Positions 27,771 through 38,110 of a DNA stretch of 64,000 nucleotides are shown piece after piece (within the stretch, counting starts at the first letter, position 1; each line of letters opens with the position of its first letter). The stretch spans positions 27,309 through 91,308 of the IMG/VR virus record IMGVR_UViG_2939319381_000001; one strand, written 5' to 3'. The stretch is from a virus (taxonomy: Duplodnaviria > Caudoviricetes). Made by a program: the position numbers and the translations under genes. The notes beneath the pieces were generated by a model, which made no database searches, was not told the origin of the DNA, and saw only the letters and a list, made by a program, of their open reading frames with translations.

Positions 27771-30700
27771 GTGGCGAACTGGAACCTGAGCGTGGACCTG
27801 CGCGGCCACGGCAACGACCTGGCCCAGTCCCTCAAGTCCGCTTCCAAGCACGCCCGGACCCTCGGCACCCACGCCCGGGCAGCCAGGTCGGATGTGCGGG
27901 AGCTGGGGCGGGCGTCCCAGACCGCGTCCCGGCACATCCGGACCCTCGGCAACGAAGCCCGTACCGCCGGACGCCACGTCAGCACCTTCGGCAACCACGC
28001 CCGTACTGCCGGCCGGAACCTCGGCCGGTACGGGGACGCCGCCCGTACGGCGAACCGGCACCTCAACTCCCTCGGCGGGAACAGCCGCACCGCCGGCCGG
28101 GACCTGGCCCGCATGTCGAACCAGATCGACAGTGCGGTCCGGGACCTGAACCGCCTGGCGCAAGCCGCTCAGCGGGCGTCCACCGGCATGCGTGGCGTCG
28201 GGTCCGGCGGCACGCGCAGCCTCCGTCAGATGCGGGCCGAGACCGGGCGTCTCCGCCACCAGCTCACCGGCCTGGCCGCCCTCATGTCCGGCGGCGCCCT
28301 CGTCATGGGCTTCGGCGGGATGATCAAGCACGGCAACGAATACCAGCAGTCGATGAACACCTTCGGTGCCGTGACCTCGGCGACCGCGATCCAGATGCAG
28401 CGCGCGGCCGCCACCGCGAACCAGCTCGGCGGCGACCTCACCCTCCCCGCCGCCACCGCCGCCGGCGCCGCCGAGTCCATGGTCGAACTCGCCAAGGCCG
28501 GCTTCCGCACCGACCAGGCCATCTCCGCGACCCGCGCGTCCCTCACCCTGGCCTCCGCCGCCAACGTCTCCGCCGCCGACTCCGCCAGGTACCTCGGCGA
28601 CATGATGGACCAGTTCGGCATGGGCGCCGACCAGGCCTCTCGCGCCGCCGACACCCTCGCCGCGACCGCGAACAACGCCTCCGGCGACATCATCGACATC
28701 TACTACGCCATGAAGTACGCGGGCCCCGTCGCCCACGGCCTCGGCGTCAGCATGGAAGAAGCCGCGTCTGCGGTCGGCATGCTCGGCAAGGCAGGCATCC
28801 TCGGCCAGACCGCTGGCACGACCCTGCGCGGCATGATGGCCAACCTCGCCGCCCCCACCAAGCAGATGAAGCAGGGCCTCACCGACATGGGGATCGAGGC
28901 GTGGGACGCGACCGGAAAGTTCAAGGGGCTTCGGTACGTCATCGAGGGCCTGTCCAAGGCCCAGCACTCCATGACCCAGCAGGACTTCACCGCCGCGGTG
29001 AAGAAGTCCATGGGCAAGCCGGCCATGTCCGGTGCGATCGCCCTCGCCCACCAGGGCACCGACAGCTTCGACGGGCTGATGGCCGCCGTGACCCGCACCG
29101 GTGCCGCATCCGACATCGCCGCGGCGAAGGGCCTAGGCCTCGCTGGTTCCATGGTCCAGCTCAAGGCCAAGTCCGAGCAGGCCGGCCTCGCCATCTACAC
29201 CGGCATCGCCCCCGGCCTGGAGTACATGATCCGCGGACTCACCACCGGGATCTCCAACGCCACCCCGAGGATCGAAGCGTTCTTCAAGTACCTCAACGAC
29301 GCCGCGACCCTCTTCGGCCCCGACGTCTCCTCCGCCGCCCGCTCCACGTTCAACGGCATCGGTGACGCAGCGAAGGGCATGCTCGAGCCGTTCAAGGAGA
29401 TCGGCGGCGACGCCGTCGCATCCGCCCTCCATGTCCTGCTGTCCGTCGGCCAGATGGTCGTCACCGTCTTGGAGAACCTGACCAAGGGGGCAGAACCCGT
29501 CGCGGAAGCGCTCGGCGAAGTCGCCGGCAAGGGCGAAGGGGTCGCTACCGCCCTGGACGTCGTCGTCTTTGTCCTGGACGCCGCGACCAGCGCTGTATCG
29601 GCTCTCTCGGCAGTCCTTGGGCCGATCGGCGCACTGGTCGGCGTCCTCGTATCCGGTTTCGCGTCCCTGCCGGGACCCGTGCAGGCAGCTGTCCTGTCGA
29701 TGCTCCTCATGCGGCGCGTCGGCCCCATAGCCCAGACCCTCGCCGGGAACATCGGTGGCCGCCTCACCGGCGCCTACCAGTCCCTGAACCAACAGATGGC
29801 CGTGCAGCGCTCCCTCGCGGCTACCTCCGGGCAGTCCCTCACCCGCTACGGGGCCGCCATGGCGGTCCTCCAGACACGCGTCCCCGTGATCGGCGCGGTG
29901 GGGTCCGCCTTCCGAACCGCAGCCGTGCAAGGGAACCGGTTCACCGGCACCCTCCGCGGAGTAAGCGCTGCGGCCGGTGCTGGCATGCGCGGAGCGATGA
30001 GCGGCCTATCCGGTGCCCTTGGCGGCCCATGGGGTCTGGCCATGGTCGGCGCGACGATGCTCCTCGGTACCTACCTGAGCGCCCAGCAGGATGCCGCAGC
30101 CGCCGCCGCCCAGCACAAGGCGTCCGTGGACGGCCTCACGTCCGCCCTGCGGGAATCCAACGGAGCCATCACCGAGAACGTCCGCACCCAGGCGGCACAG
30201 ACTCTCGCCGACACGAAGATCACGCAGAAGAACATCGGCGTCAACACCTCCCTCATGAAGGTCCTGGAGAACAAGGGGCACACCCTCCAGGACGTCACCG
30301 ACGCATATCTCGGCCAGCGCGGCAGCATCAAGGACCTCGCCGCCGAGATGGAATCTCTCGCCAAGAAGGAACTGGAGAAGGGGGGAGACGGATCGGCTAA
30401 GCGCGTCACCGAGTACGGGCTCGCCGCCAAGGCGCTGCGCGGCATGTCCGGGGACGCGGAGACGGCCGCGAAGAACGCCAAGGACCTCGACAACGCAGTA
30501 TCCGGGCGTGGCGTCACCGCCTACAGCCGGCTCAAGGACGCGGTTGGCGCGCTCGCGGACAAGACTGCGGATGCCGACTCCCGCACCAGGGCCCTCCGCG
30601 ACGCCCTCGACCTGCTGTCCGGCGGATCTGTCTCCCTCCAGGCCGCCCAGGCCCGCGTGAACGAGGCGATCACCCAGGCCAACGAATCCCTCGCCGCCGG

Positions 30701-33191
30701 AGTCGACGAAGCGGACGGGTGGGGCAAAGCCCTGATCGGCCTGAACGGGGCGGTCGACACCACCACGAAGAACGGGCAGCAGCTTTTCTCCACCCTGGAC
30801 TCGATCGCTGACAGCTCCGCGTCCGCAGCCGTCGCCGCGTACGACTTCGCACAGTCGCAGGGCAAGTCCGTACCCCAGTCGATCGCCGCAGCCACGAAGG
30901 AGATGCAGAAGGGGAGGGACGCTGCCACCAAGCTGATTGGCAGCTACGACGTCGGGGCCGATGAAGCCGCCAAGATGGCGGACGCCATGGGCCTGATCCC
31001 GGGCCGAGTGTCGATCCTCCTGCAGACCAAGGGCGTCGACACCGCCCTCGCGGAGCTGCTCGGTGTGCAGGCCGAGTTCGAGCGGTTCCCCACCAAGAAG
31101 ACCATCAAGGTCGACGCACTCGGCGAGGAAGCGAAGAAGGAACTCGAGGACATCGGGTACCAGATCAAGCTGATCCCGGGCACCCGCGAATACAAGATCA
31201 CCGCGCCTACGGCAGCCGCCCGCACCGAACTCAATCTTCTCATTGCGAAACTCGGTGAGACGAACGGCAAGACCGTCGAGATCGACGCCAAAACCCAGGG
31301 CGCGATCACCGACCTGGAAACCCTCCAGGCGAAGGTGAAGGGCACCAAGGGCACGACTGTCACGATGAAGGTGCCCACCGAGGAGGGGCGCCGACAGCTC
31401 GAACAGCTCGGCTTCAAAATCAAGTCCACCAAGGGCAAGACGGTCACCATCGCGGTCCCCACTGGCGGCCAGAAGGCGGCCGTGCAGTCCCTCGCCGCCG
31501 CCATCGCCGGCCTGAAGGACCGCACCGTCACCATCCGCACCATCGAGGTGACCGACCGGCGGATCACGAACACCGTCACCGGCGAGACCCGCTCCCGCAC
31601 CAAGCTCCGCGCCGGCGCCCAAGCCGACGGCAGCGTCCTCAGCTTCTATGCCGGTGGCGGCATGAACACCCCCGGCGCCTTCCCCCGAGGGGAGAACCAC
31701 ACCGCACAGATCGCCCCCGCCGGCGCATGGCGCGTGTGGGCCGAGGACGAGACCGGCGGCGAGGCGTACATCCCCCTCGCCCCGTCGAAGCGCGGCCGCT
31801 CCCGGGCCATCACTGAGGAGACGATCCGCCGCCTCGGCGGTGACCCGAAGACCGTGCAGTGGAAAGCAGACGGCGGGGTCGTCTCGTTCGCGGACGGCGG
31901 GTTCTCCTACACCCCGACCGGGATGCGCCGCGACACCTCCTCCGTGCAGTCCTCGTACGCCGAATCCCACCAGCCGATCGACAAGGACGCCTACCTCAAG
32001 AAGGTCCGCGCCCGGAAGAACGCAGTCGACAACCTGCGCGCGGCCGAGGCGAGGCTGAACCAGGTGCGCCGGGGCAAGCACACGCACGCCCAGCTTGTAG
32101 CCGCTGAGACCCGGGTGGCGAAGGCGCGCCGCAGTGTCGCCACCGCCACGGACGCCGCCCAGAAGGCCGAGGCCCGGTACAAGAAGAAGTTCAGCCTGGG
32201 CGACTGGCAGAAGACCCTCAAGTCTGCGGTGTCGGCGAACGCCTCGTACGAGTCGAACCTGCGGGCGATCACGAACCGCGGTGGCGGCGACGTGGTCGAC
32301 CAGCTCCGTGACCTCGGGGAAGAGGGCGCCGCGATGGTGTCGGCCCTCGCCCGCGCGTCGAAGAAGCAGTTCGCGGACATCGTCGCGAACCTGCGGAAGC
32401 TCGGCCCGCTAGCGAAGGCATCCCTGGCCGACTACACCAAGCAGCTCACCGCTTCCACCAAGACGTCCAGCGCGTTCCAGGCCAACCTTGCGAAGCTCGC
32501 CTCCATGGGGTACGGCGACCTCGCCACCCAACTCGCCGGTCAGGGCGATGAGGCGTCCCAGAAGCTCGCTGCGGAGGCCGTGAAGAACAAGGCTGCGGCC
32601 GGCTCGGCAGACAAGGCGGCGAAGGCGTCGGCGAAGACCCTGTCGGACGACGATCTGCAGCAGCTCCTCGCCATTATCGCCGCGGTGAAAACGTCCAAGA
32701 CCGGCCTGCACGCGGTCGCGGACACCACTGGGATCGGTGAGGACGAGGTCATCACCGTCGCCAACAAGGCCAGCACGCAGATCAAGGCGTCCCTCGGCTC
32801 CCGCGCCACCCAGTTCCTGGCCGACCTCGCCCGCGCCAACAAGGGCTTGTCCTACGCCGACGGGGGGATCCGGGAGGGTATCTACGCCACCCGCGGCGGC
32901 GCCGTGACCTTTGCCGAGCCCTCCACCGGCGGGGAGGCGTACATCCCTCTCGGGGCGAGCAAGCGTGGCCCGGCCACGAATGTCCTCCGGGACGTGGCGT
33001 CCCGGTTCGGCGTCGGCCTCACCGACGTCGCTACCAGTCGCCCGATGGTCATCGTCCGGGAGGGTGGCGACACCTACGTCACCGTCCCCGCTGTCCGCAC
33101 CGGGGCCTCCGGGTCCGACATCGGCGCCCAGGTCGGACGCAGCGTCCGCAGGGCTCGCAGGGGAGGGGTGAACGCCCGTGCCGCCGCTTGA
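27771..33191 (+). CDS. Tape measure protein
   Basis: 1806 aa, Ala-rich; TP901-like core 'AESMVELAKAG...GTTLRGMM'; GGEAYIPL motifs. Confidence 0.95.
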   Translation: MANWNLSVDLRGHGNDLAQSLKSASKHARTLGTHARAARSDVRELGRASQTASRHIRTLGNEARTAGRHVSTFGNHARTAGRNLGRYGDAARTANRHLNSLGGNSRTAGRDLARMSNQIDSAVRDLNRLAQAAQRASTGMRGVGSGGTRSLRQMRAETGRLRHQLTGLAALMSGGALVMGFGGMIKHGNEYQQSMNTFGAVTSATAIQMQRAAATANQLGGDLTLPAATAAGAAESMVELAKAGFRTDQAISATRASLTLASAANVSAADSARYLGDMMDQFGMGADQASRAADTLAATANNASGDIIDIYYAMKYAGPVAHGLGVSMEEAASAVGMLGKAGILGQTAGTTLRGMMANLAAPTKQMKQGLTDMGIEAWDATGKFKGLRYVIEGLSKAQHSMTQQDFTAAVKKSMGKPAMSGAIALAHQGTDSFDGLMAAVTRTGAASDIAAAKGLGLAGSMVQLKAKSEQAGLAIYTGIAPGLEYMIRGLTTGISNATPRIEAFFKYLNDAATLFGPDVSSAARSTFNGIGDAAKGMLEPFKEIGGDAVASALHVLLSVGQMVVTVLENLTKGAEPVAEALGEVAGKGEGVATALDVVVFVLDAATSAVSALSAVLGPIGALVGVLVSGFASLPGPVQAAVLSMLLMRRVGPIAQTLAGNIGGRLTGAYQSLNQQMAVQRSLAATSGQSLTRYGAAMAVLQTRVPVIGAVGSAFRTAAVQGNRFTGTLRGVSAAAGAGMRGAMSGLSGALGGPWGLAMVGATMLLGTYLSAQQDAAAAAAQHKASVDGLTSALRESNGAITENVRTQAAQTLADTKITQKNIGVNTSLMKVLENKGHTLQDVTDAYLGQRGSIKDLAAEMESLAKKELEKGGDGSAKRVTEYGLAAKALRGMSGDAETAAKNAKDLDNAVSGRGVTAYSRLKDAVGALADKTADADSRTRALRDALDLLSGGSVSLQAAQARVNEAITQANESLAAGVDEADGWGKALIGLNGAVDTTTKNGQQLFSTLDSIADSSASAAVAAYDFAQSQGKSVPQSIAAATKEMQKGRDAATKLIGSYDVGADEAAKMADAMGLIPGRVSILLQTKGVDTALAELLGVQAEFERFPTKKTIKVDALGEEAKKELEDIGYQIKLIPGTREYKITAPTAAARTELNLLIAKLGETNGKTVEIDAKTQGAITDLETLQAKVKGTKGTTVTMKVPTEEGRRQLEQLGFKIKSTKGKTVTIAVPTGGQKAAVQSLAAAIAGLKDRTVTIRTIEVTDRRITNTVTGETRSRTKLRAGAQADGSVLSFYAGGGMNTPGAFPRGENHTAQIAPAGAWRVWAEDETGGEAYIPLAPSKRGRSRAITEETIRRLGGDPKTVQWKADGGVVSFADGGFSYTPTGMRRDTSSVQSSYAESHQPIDKDAYLKKVRARKNAVDNLRAAEARLNQVRRGKHTHAQLVAAETRVAKARRSVATATDAAQKAEARYKKKFSLGDWQKTLKSAVSANASYESNLRAITNRGGGDVVDQLRDLGEEGAAMVSALARASKKQFADIVANLRKLGPLAKASLADYTKQLTASTKTSSAFQANLAKLASMGYGDLATQLAGQGDEASQKLAAEAVKNKAAAGSADKAAKASAKTLSDDDLQQLLAIIAAVKTSKTGLHAVADTTGIGEDEVITVANKASTQIKASLGSRATQFLADLARANKGLSYADGGIREGIYATRGGAVTFAEPSTGGEAYIPLGASKRGPATNVLRDVASRFGVGLTDVATSRPMVIVREGGDTYVTVPAVRTGASGSDIGAQVGRSVRRARRGGVNARAAA

Positions 33192-34080
33192 GCTGACGGA
33201 CTGGCAGTACGACCTGGGCGGTGTCCTCATGGGCGCCGGTACGTCCATCCAGGTCATCGAGACGTCCGGGCTAGGGCGGCCCCCGGTCCGGGACTCCGAT
33301 GTCGACCAGCCGTCCATGGACGGGGTCTTCGCCGGCAGGGACTACTACGGCGCCCGCCAGGTCCAGATCGACGCCGCGATCAATGTCCCCGGGAACCCGG
33401 CCGCGTGCCACGACATCATCGCCGCGCTCCAGGCCGACGCCGACGACGAGGGCGTTCGTCTGGCCGGCGGGGTCACGATGCCGCTGCGGATCCTCCGCCC
33501 GGGCCGCCCCGTCAAGCGCCTCGACGGGCGCCTGCGCCGCGTGGACCCCGAGTTCCGGCGGGTCATCCACGGCTACGTCCCCCTCGACCTGGAGTTCATC
33601 GCCACCGACCCCAGGTTCTACGCCGACGAGGAGACCACCACCGAGATCCCTCTCGGCTGGCTCACCGGCGGCGGATTCGCGGCCCCCGTCGTCGCCCCGA
33701 TCTACGTCCAGTCCGGCACCGTCGCAGCCGACCGCCCGGGCTGGGCCCACAACCTCGGCACCGGCGCCGCGTGGCCCGTCATCCGGATCACCGGGCCCGT
33801 CGCCAACGTGAGCGTCATCCACTCCACCAGCGGCCGACGCCTCGACCTCCCCACCCTCACCCTCACGGCCGGCCAGTGGGTGGAGATCGACACCCGGCCC
33901 GGCCACCGCACCGTGACCAGGGAGAACGGCGGCAACGCGTCCGCACTGCTCACCCCGTCATCCCGTATTGACCTGTTCTCCCTGCCGCCCGGGCCGTCCG
34001 AGATCCGATGGACCGGCTTCGACGCCACGAACACGGCCCGCCTCCGCCTGACCTGGCGCGACGCCTACACAGCCCTCTGA
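33178..34080 (+). CDS. Distal tail protein (Dit-like)
   Basis: Follows the tape measure gene; 'FIATDPRFY', 'L.PGPSEI'. Confidence 0.8.
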   Translation: MPPLELTDWQYDLGGVLMGAGTSIQVIETSGLGRPPVRDSDVDQPSMDGVFAGRDYYGARQVQIDAAINVPGNPAACHDIIAALQADADDEGVRLAGGVTMPLRILRPGRPVKRLDGRLRRVDPEFRRVIHGYVPLDLEFIATDPRFYADEETTTEIPLGWLTGGGFAAPVVAPIYVQSGTVAADRPGWAHNLGTGAAWPVIRITGPVANVSVIHSTSGRRLDLPTLTLTAGQWVEIDTRPGHRTVTRENGGNASALLTPSSRIDLFSLPPGPSEIRWTGFDATNTARLRLTWRDAYTAL

Positions 34081-34090
34081 GGAGCACGGC

Positions 34091-35032
34091 ATGACCCTCG
34101 AACCCCGGCCGATCCTCACCGACGGCGCCACTCACCCCGCCCAGCAGTTCCGCAATCTTGTCTCCGACCTCGCCCGGGACAACGAAGGCGTGACCCGAGG
34201 AACTGACCTGAAAGTGACCCAGCTCGGCACTCCTGGCGGCTCCGTTCAGGTGTCGTCGGGAACAGGGCTGGTCCGTGGCCGGTACCAGGCCTACCAGGGG
34301 ACCTACGCGGTCATGAACGTCGGCTCCGCCAATGTGGACATTGCGCCCACCGGCGGTAGCCCGCGCTCCGACATGCTCATCATCCGCGTCGAGGACAGGG
34401 AGTACGAAGGGAACATCGACCCAGCAACGGGGCAGGTCAACTACTTCCAGATCATCTCGAACGTCAGCTCGTCCGCCACCACGATCCCCGACGGGCGCAC
34501 CGGGATCCCCCTGGCCCGGATCGACATCCCCGCATCCACGTCCACGATCACCGACGCGTACATCAAGGACATACGGCAGGTCGCAAACCCCCGCCGCGAC
34601 CGGCAAATGTTCCCCCACTCCCCGGCTTCCGCCTCCACCGAAATCACCGGCAGCGCCAGTTCCTGGGGGTACTTCACCACCGAGGCCGGCTGGAGCCTGG
34701 CCGTCCCGGCATGGGCCAGCCGGGCCCTGATCCGCATCGACATGTACAGCGTTCGTCTCTCCACCGCCAACTTCTACGGGGCGGTCCGCGCCGTGTTCGG
34801 GTCCTCCCTCCTCGTTGTCCAGGCGGTCTCCGTCGATGACAACCAGGGGACCGCCGTACGCCGCATCAACGTGGGCGTCGCCGACACCATCACCATCCCC
34901 GACTCCTACCGGGGAACCACCCAGCTCCTGCGCCCCCAGGCCGCCGGCTACTCCGGGAACGCCGGCCGGATCAGCGTCGATGGGTCCTCGACCTTCGTGT
35001 ACGAGGTCGAGTTCTACGAGGGCCCCCGATGA
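34091..35032 (+). CDS. Minor tail protein
   Basis: 'PRSDMLIIRVED', 'IPLARI'; position. Confidence 0.7.
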   Translation: MTLEPRPILTDGATHPAQQFRNLVSDLARDNEGVTRGTDLKVTQLGTPGGSVQVSSGTGLVRGRYQAYQGTYAVMNVGSANVDIAPTGGSPRSDMLIIRVEDREYEGNIDPATGQVNYFQIISNVSSSATTIPDGRTGIPLARIDIPASTSTITDAYIKDIRQVANPRRDRQMFPHSPASASTEITGSASSWGYFTTEAGWSLAVPAWASRALIRIDMYSVRLSTANFYGAVRAVFGSSLLVVQAVSVDDNQGTAVRRINVGVADTITIPDSYRGTTQLLRPQAAGYSGNAGRISVDGSSTFVYEVEFYEGPR

Positions 35033-36135
35033 CCACGACTCCGGGCCGGGTCCTCACGCAGCACGCCCTGACGGGGGAGTGGCTGTCGACCGCCCTGCCG
35101 CTGGGCGACCTGGAGTACGGGCCCGAGCTCAACGGCCCCGGCAGCCTGTCCGGGACCCTGTCGCCGCGTCTCCTGTCCCAGCACCCCGCCCTCATCGACC
35201 CGGGCACCACCCTCATCTACGTCGAGGCCGACGGGGAACTCCGCTGGGGGGGCCTGGTGTGGCACCTGGAGATGGAAGGCGACCAGCTCCGCCTGGAAGC
35301 GGCGGGCTGGTCGTCGTACCTGCAGAAGCGCCGCGACCTTGACGGGAACTACGGCGGCCGCGGCCCGTACGTGAACGCCGACCCGTGCAACGTGATTCGG
35401 GACATCTGGGCGTACGCGCAGAGCATCGCCGACGGAAACCTGGGTGTCGTCGTCGACTCGACTACGTCGACCGCGAAGGTCGGCACCCCGGCGGAGCCAC
35501 TCGCCTCACCATTCTGGGAGAAACCCGTCCTGGGCGACGCAGCCGACAACCTCGTTTCCGGTGAGGCCACCCCCGACTACACCTGCTCGGTCGCCTGGAA
35601 TCCGGGCAAGACCGCCCCGGTGCGCCGGATCCGCCTCGGCTGGCCACGGCTCGGCGCCCGCCGCACCGACATCACCTTCAGCTCAGGCGTGAACATCCTC
35701 GAGGACCCACCGGTAACGATGGCCGCCGACGACTACGCCCAGGTCGTCATCGCCACCGGCGAAGGCGACGGCTCCGCGAAACCGTCCGAAATCTCCGCCG
35801 TACGCAACGGTCGCCTCCGCCTGGAACACCTCATCGACATCCCGGACGTGAAGGGCCGCGACATCCTCGCCTCCCGCGCGGCCGCCGAACGCGCCCGCCG
35901 CCAGAACCTCGGCAGCGTCGACCAGATCGTCCTCCGCGACACCAGCGCCGCACCCTTCGGCAGCTGGCAGGTCGGCGACGACGTGTACACCCGCGTCAAC
36001 AACGCCTGGACCACCTACGTCGGCTGGCGGCGCATCACCGGATGGCGCACCCAGCCCCACGCACAAGGCGGCCCCCGCGCCGTCATCGACCTCCAGCCCG
36101 CCGACTCCTACCAGTACGGAGGGGTCACCTCATGA
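35029..36135 (+). CDS. Minor tail / baseplate hub protein
   Basis: 'LNGPGSLSG', 'WGG.VW', 'WQVGD.V'. Confidence 0.7.
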   Translation: MTTTPGRVLTQHALTGEWLSTALPLGDLEYGPELNGPGSLSGTLSPRLLSQHPALIDPGTTLIYVEADGELRWGGLVWHLEMEGDQLRLEAAGWSSYLQKRRDLDGNYGGRGPYVNADPCNVIRDIWAYAQSIADGNLGVVVDSTTSTAKVGTPAEPLASPFWEKPVLGDAADNLVSGEATPDYTCSVAWNPGKTAPVRRIRLGWPRLGARRTDITFSSGVNILEDPPVTMAADDYAQVVIATGEGDGSAKPSEISAVRNGRLRLEHLIDIPDVKGRDILASRAAAERARRQNLGSVDQIVLRDTSAAPFGSWQVGDDVYTRVNNAWTTYVGWRRITGWRTQPHAQGGPRAVIDLQPADSYQYGGVTS

Positions 36136-37958
36136 GCACCGACATCGGCCAGATGATTGTCGACCTGCAACGCCGCATGCAGAAAGTCGAGGCCCAGTCC
36201 CGGCTCAAGTCCGCGTCCCTGGACGACGCCGCGCTCGTAGTCCGCGACGGCGCCGGGTCTTTGCGTGCGGTCGTGGGTCAGCAGGGCGACGGCACCACCG
36301 CGGTGAACGTCGTCAACGGGGCACCCCCGCCGACCCCGTCCACCCCGACCGCGGCCCCGGCGCTCGGCGGTGTCTCCGCGGGGTGGGACGGGATGTTCGC
36401 TGACGGTGCGGTCATCCCCCTGGACTGGGCCCGTGTCGAGGTCCACGCCTCCCCGGACACCGGGTTCACCCCCACCGCAGACACGCTCGTCGCGACGATC
36501 GAAACAGCCCAGGGCGGCATCGTCTACGTTCCCGCCACCGTGCCCCAGTACGTACGGCTCCTGGCCCGCAACACCTCCGGGGCCGCCTCGGACCCGACGG
36601 TGCAGGTCGGCCCGTACGCGCCGAAGCCGGTAGCAGGGGAGATCGGCATCGGGGAGATCACCGAGACTCTCATCGCCGACGGGGCGGTGACCACCCCGAA
36701 GGTCTTCGCCAACGCGATCACGACAGCGCTTCTGGCCGCCGGATCAGTCGATGCCACCGCCCTGAAGGCCGACGCCATAACCGGCAAGACCATCACCGGC
36801 GGCGTCATCAATGGCGCCGAGTTCCACTCCGACGACGGCGCGGGCGGCCTCGTCGACATCGAGACCGGCACCGTCGTCACCACCGCAGCCACCGGCTGGC
36901 AGATCCTCATCGACCCCAGCCAACCCCTCCCCGTCGTCGACTTCCTCGCCCCGGGAGGCGCCACCGCAGGATCCATCAACGGCACCGGGGACCCCTCCCA
37001 ACCCGGCCTCAACATCTCCAGCGGCCCCTTCACCGACGGGGCCATCACCGACTGGCGATGGATCACCAGGTCCGGCGCCGACGGCCCAGGAGTCAACGGG
37101 TGGCGTACCGTGCGCGTCCGGGCATCCGACACGTCCGTAGCCAGCGGCGGGACCATCCAACTCGAACCGGCCGCCGCGATCCTCGCCGTCGTCGACAGCT
37201 CCAGCCCGACTCCCAGCACCATCCTGCAAGTCGAGCCCGGCCAATTCGTACTCGATGAAGGCCGGCTCCTCATCGACCCCCCGGTTTCCTCCTCCTCGGC
37301 GATCTACCTCATCGCGAAAGCTGGGCAGACCGGCTACCTGATGAGGTTGCAGCTTGGTGGAGCCGACCGGTTCACCGTGTCGCCCACCGGTGCGGTAGTT
37401 GCCGCAGGGGCGGTGAGCGCGGCCAGCGTGGCCGCTACCGGTGCGGTCACAGCGGCCACCGTCACGACCACAGGAACCGTCGCCGCAGCCAGCGTCACCG
37501 CCACAGGGGCCATCGCCGCCACCGGCGCCCTCACCGGCGACAGCCTCACCGTCGACACCACCACATTCACCACCTACACCCCCACCGTTGCCGGAGGCGG
37601 ATCCGCGACCTTCACCACCCGCACCGGCTGGTACTACAAGCTCGGCAAAATGGTGTACTTCTGCGCCGATATCACCGTCAACGCCGCCGGATCCGGAACC
37701 GGCAAGGTCACCGTCACCGCCCCCAGCGGCATCCACCGGACGACCCGCCAGCACGTGTCCGCCGCACTCCGGTCCGTCGTCGTGAACACCATGGGATCGA
37801 ACGGCAACGCCGTCTCGCTCACCAGCATCTCGGGCTCCACATGGGACGAGATCGTCGTCTCCACCGACTCCGCCACGAACCGCGACCTGATCCTGACCGG
37901 CGCCATGCTCCTCGCCGGAGCGACGATCACCCTCGAAGGGTGGTACCGCGAAGCCTGA
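36132..37958 (+). CDS. Tail fibre / receptor-binding protein
   Basis: FN3-like N-terminus, 'ADGAVTTPK' repeats, C-terminal 'WYYKLGKMV' tip domain. Confidence 0.75.
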   Translation: MSTDIGQMIVDLQRRMQKVEAQSRLKSASLDDAALVVRDGAGSLRAVVGQQGDGTTAVNVVNGAPPPTPSTPTAAPALGGVSAGWDGMFADGAVIPLDWARVEVHASPDTGFTPTADTLVATIETAQGGIVYVPATVPQYVRLLARNTSGAASDPTVQVGPYAPKPVAGEIGIGEITETLIADGAVTTPKVFANAITTALLAAGSVDATALKADAITGKTITGGVINGAEFHSDDGAGGLVDIETGTVVTTAATGWQILIDPSQPLPVVDFLAPGGATAGSINGTGDPSQPGLNISSGPFTDGAITDWRWITRSGADGPGVNGWRTVRVRASDTSVASGGTIQLEPAAAILAVVDSSSPTPSTILQVEPGQFVLDEGRLLIDPPVSSSSAIYLIAKAGQTGYLMRLQLGGADRFTVSPTGAVVAAGAVSAASVAATGAVTAATVTTTGTVAAASVTATGAIAATGALTGDSLTVDTTTFTTYTPTVAGGGSATFTTRTGWYYKLGKMVYFCADITVNAAGSGTGKVTVTAPSGIHRTTRQHVSAALRSVVVNTMGSNGNAVSLTSISGSTWDEIVVSTDSATNRDLILTGAMLLAGATITLEGWYREA

Positions 37959-38006
37959 CCAGGGGGAGCACCCGAGCCCCGCACCCGTACGCTGATCTGT
38001 AGGGCG
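37958..38006 (+). promoter_or_regulatory. Putative late promoter, copy 4 (before lysis genes)
   Basis: GGGGGAG element with CCCGTACGCTGA at the same offset as copy 2. Confidence 0.45.
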
Positions 38007-38110
38007 ACCCTCCGCCCCGCACCACCCCCGAGGGACTGCCACCCGGCCCCGGCCGGCGCAGCACGCCAACCATTTGCTCTGGGCGCGGGGAGTGCAGGAG
38101 CACGGGCACG

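Noticed and set aside
27850-28150. 14-aa repeats at the tape measure N-terminus and the duplicated GGEAYIPL motif
   Set aside because: Ordinary tape-measure features
36132-37958. Diversity-generating retroelement or tail-fibre shufflon
   Set aside because: No reverse transcriptase, template repeat or alternative fibre C-termini were seen
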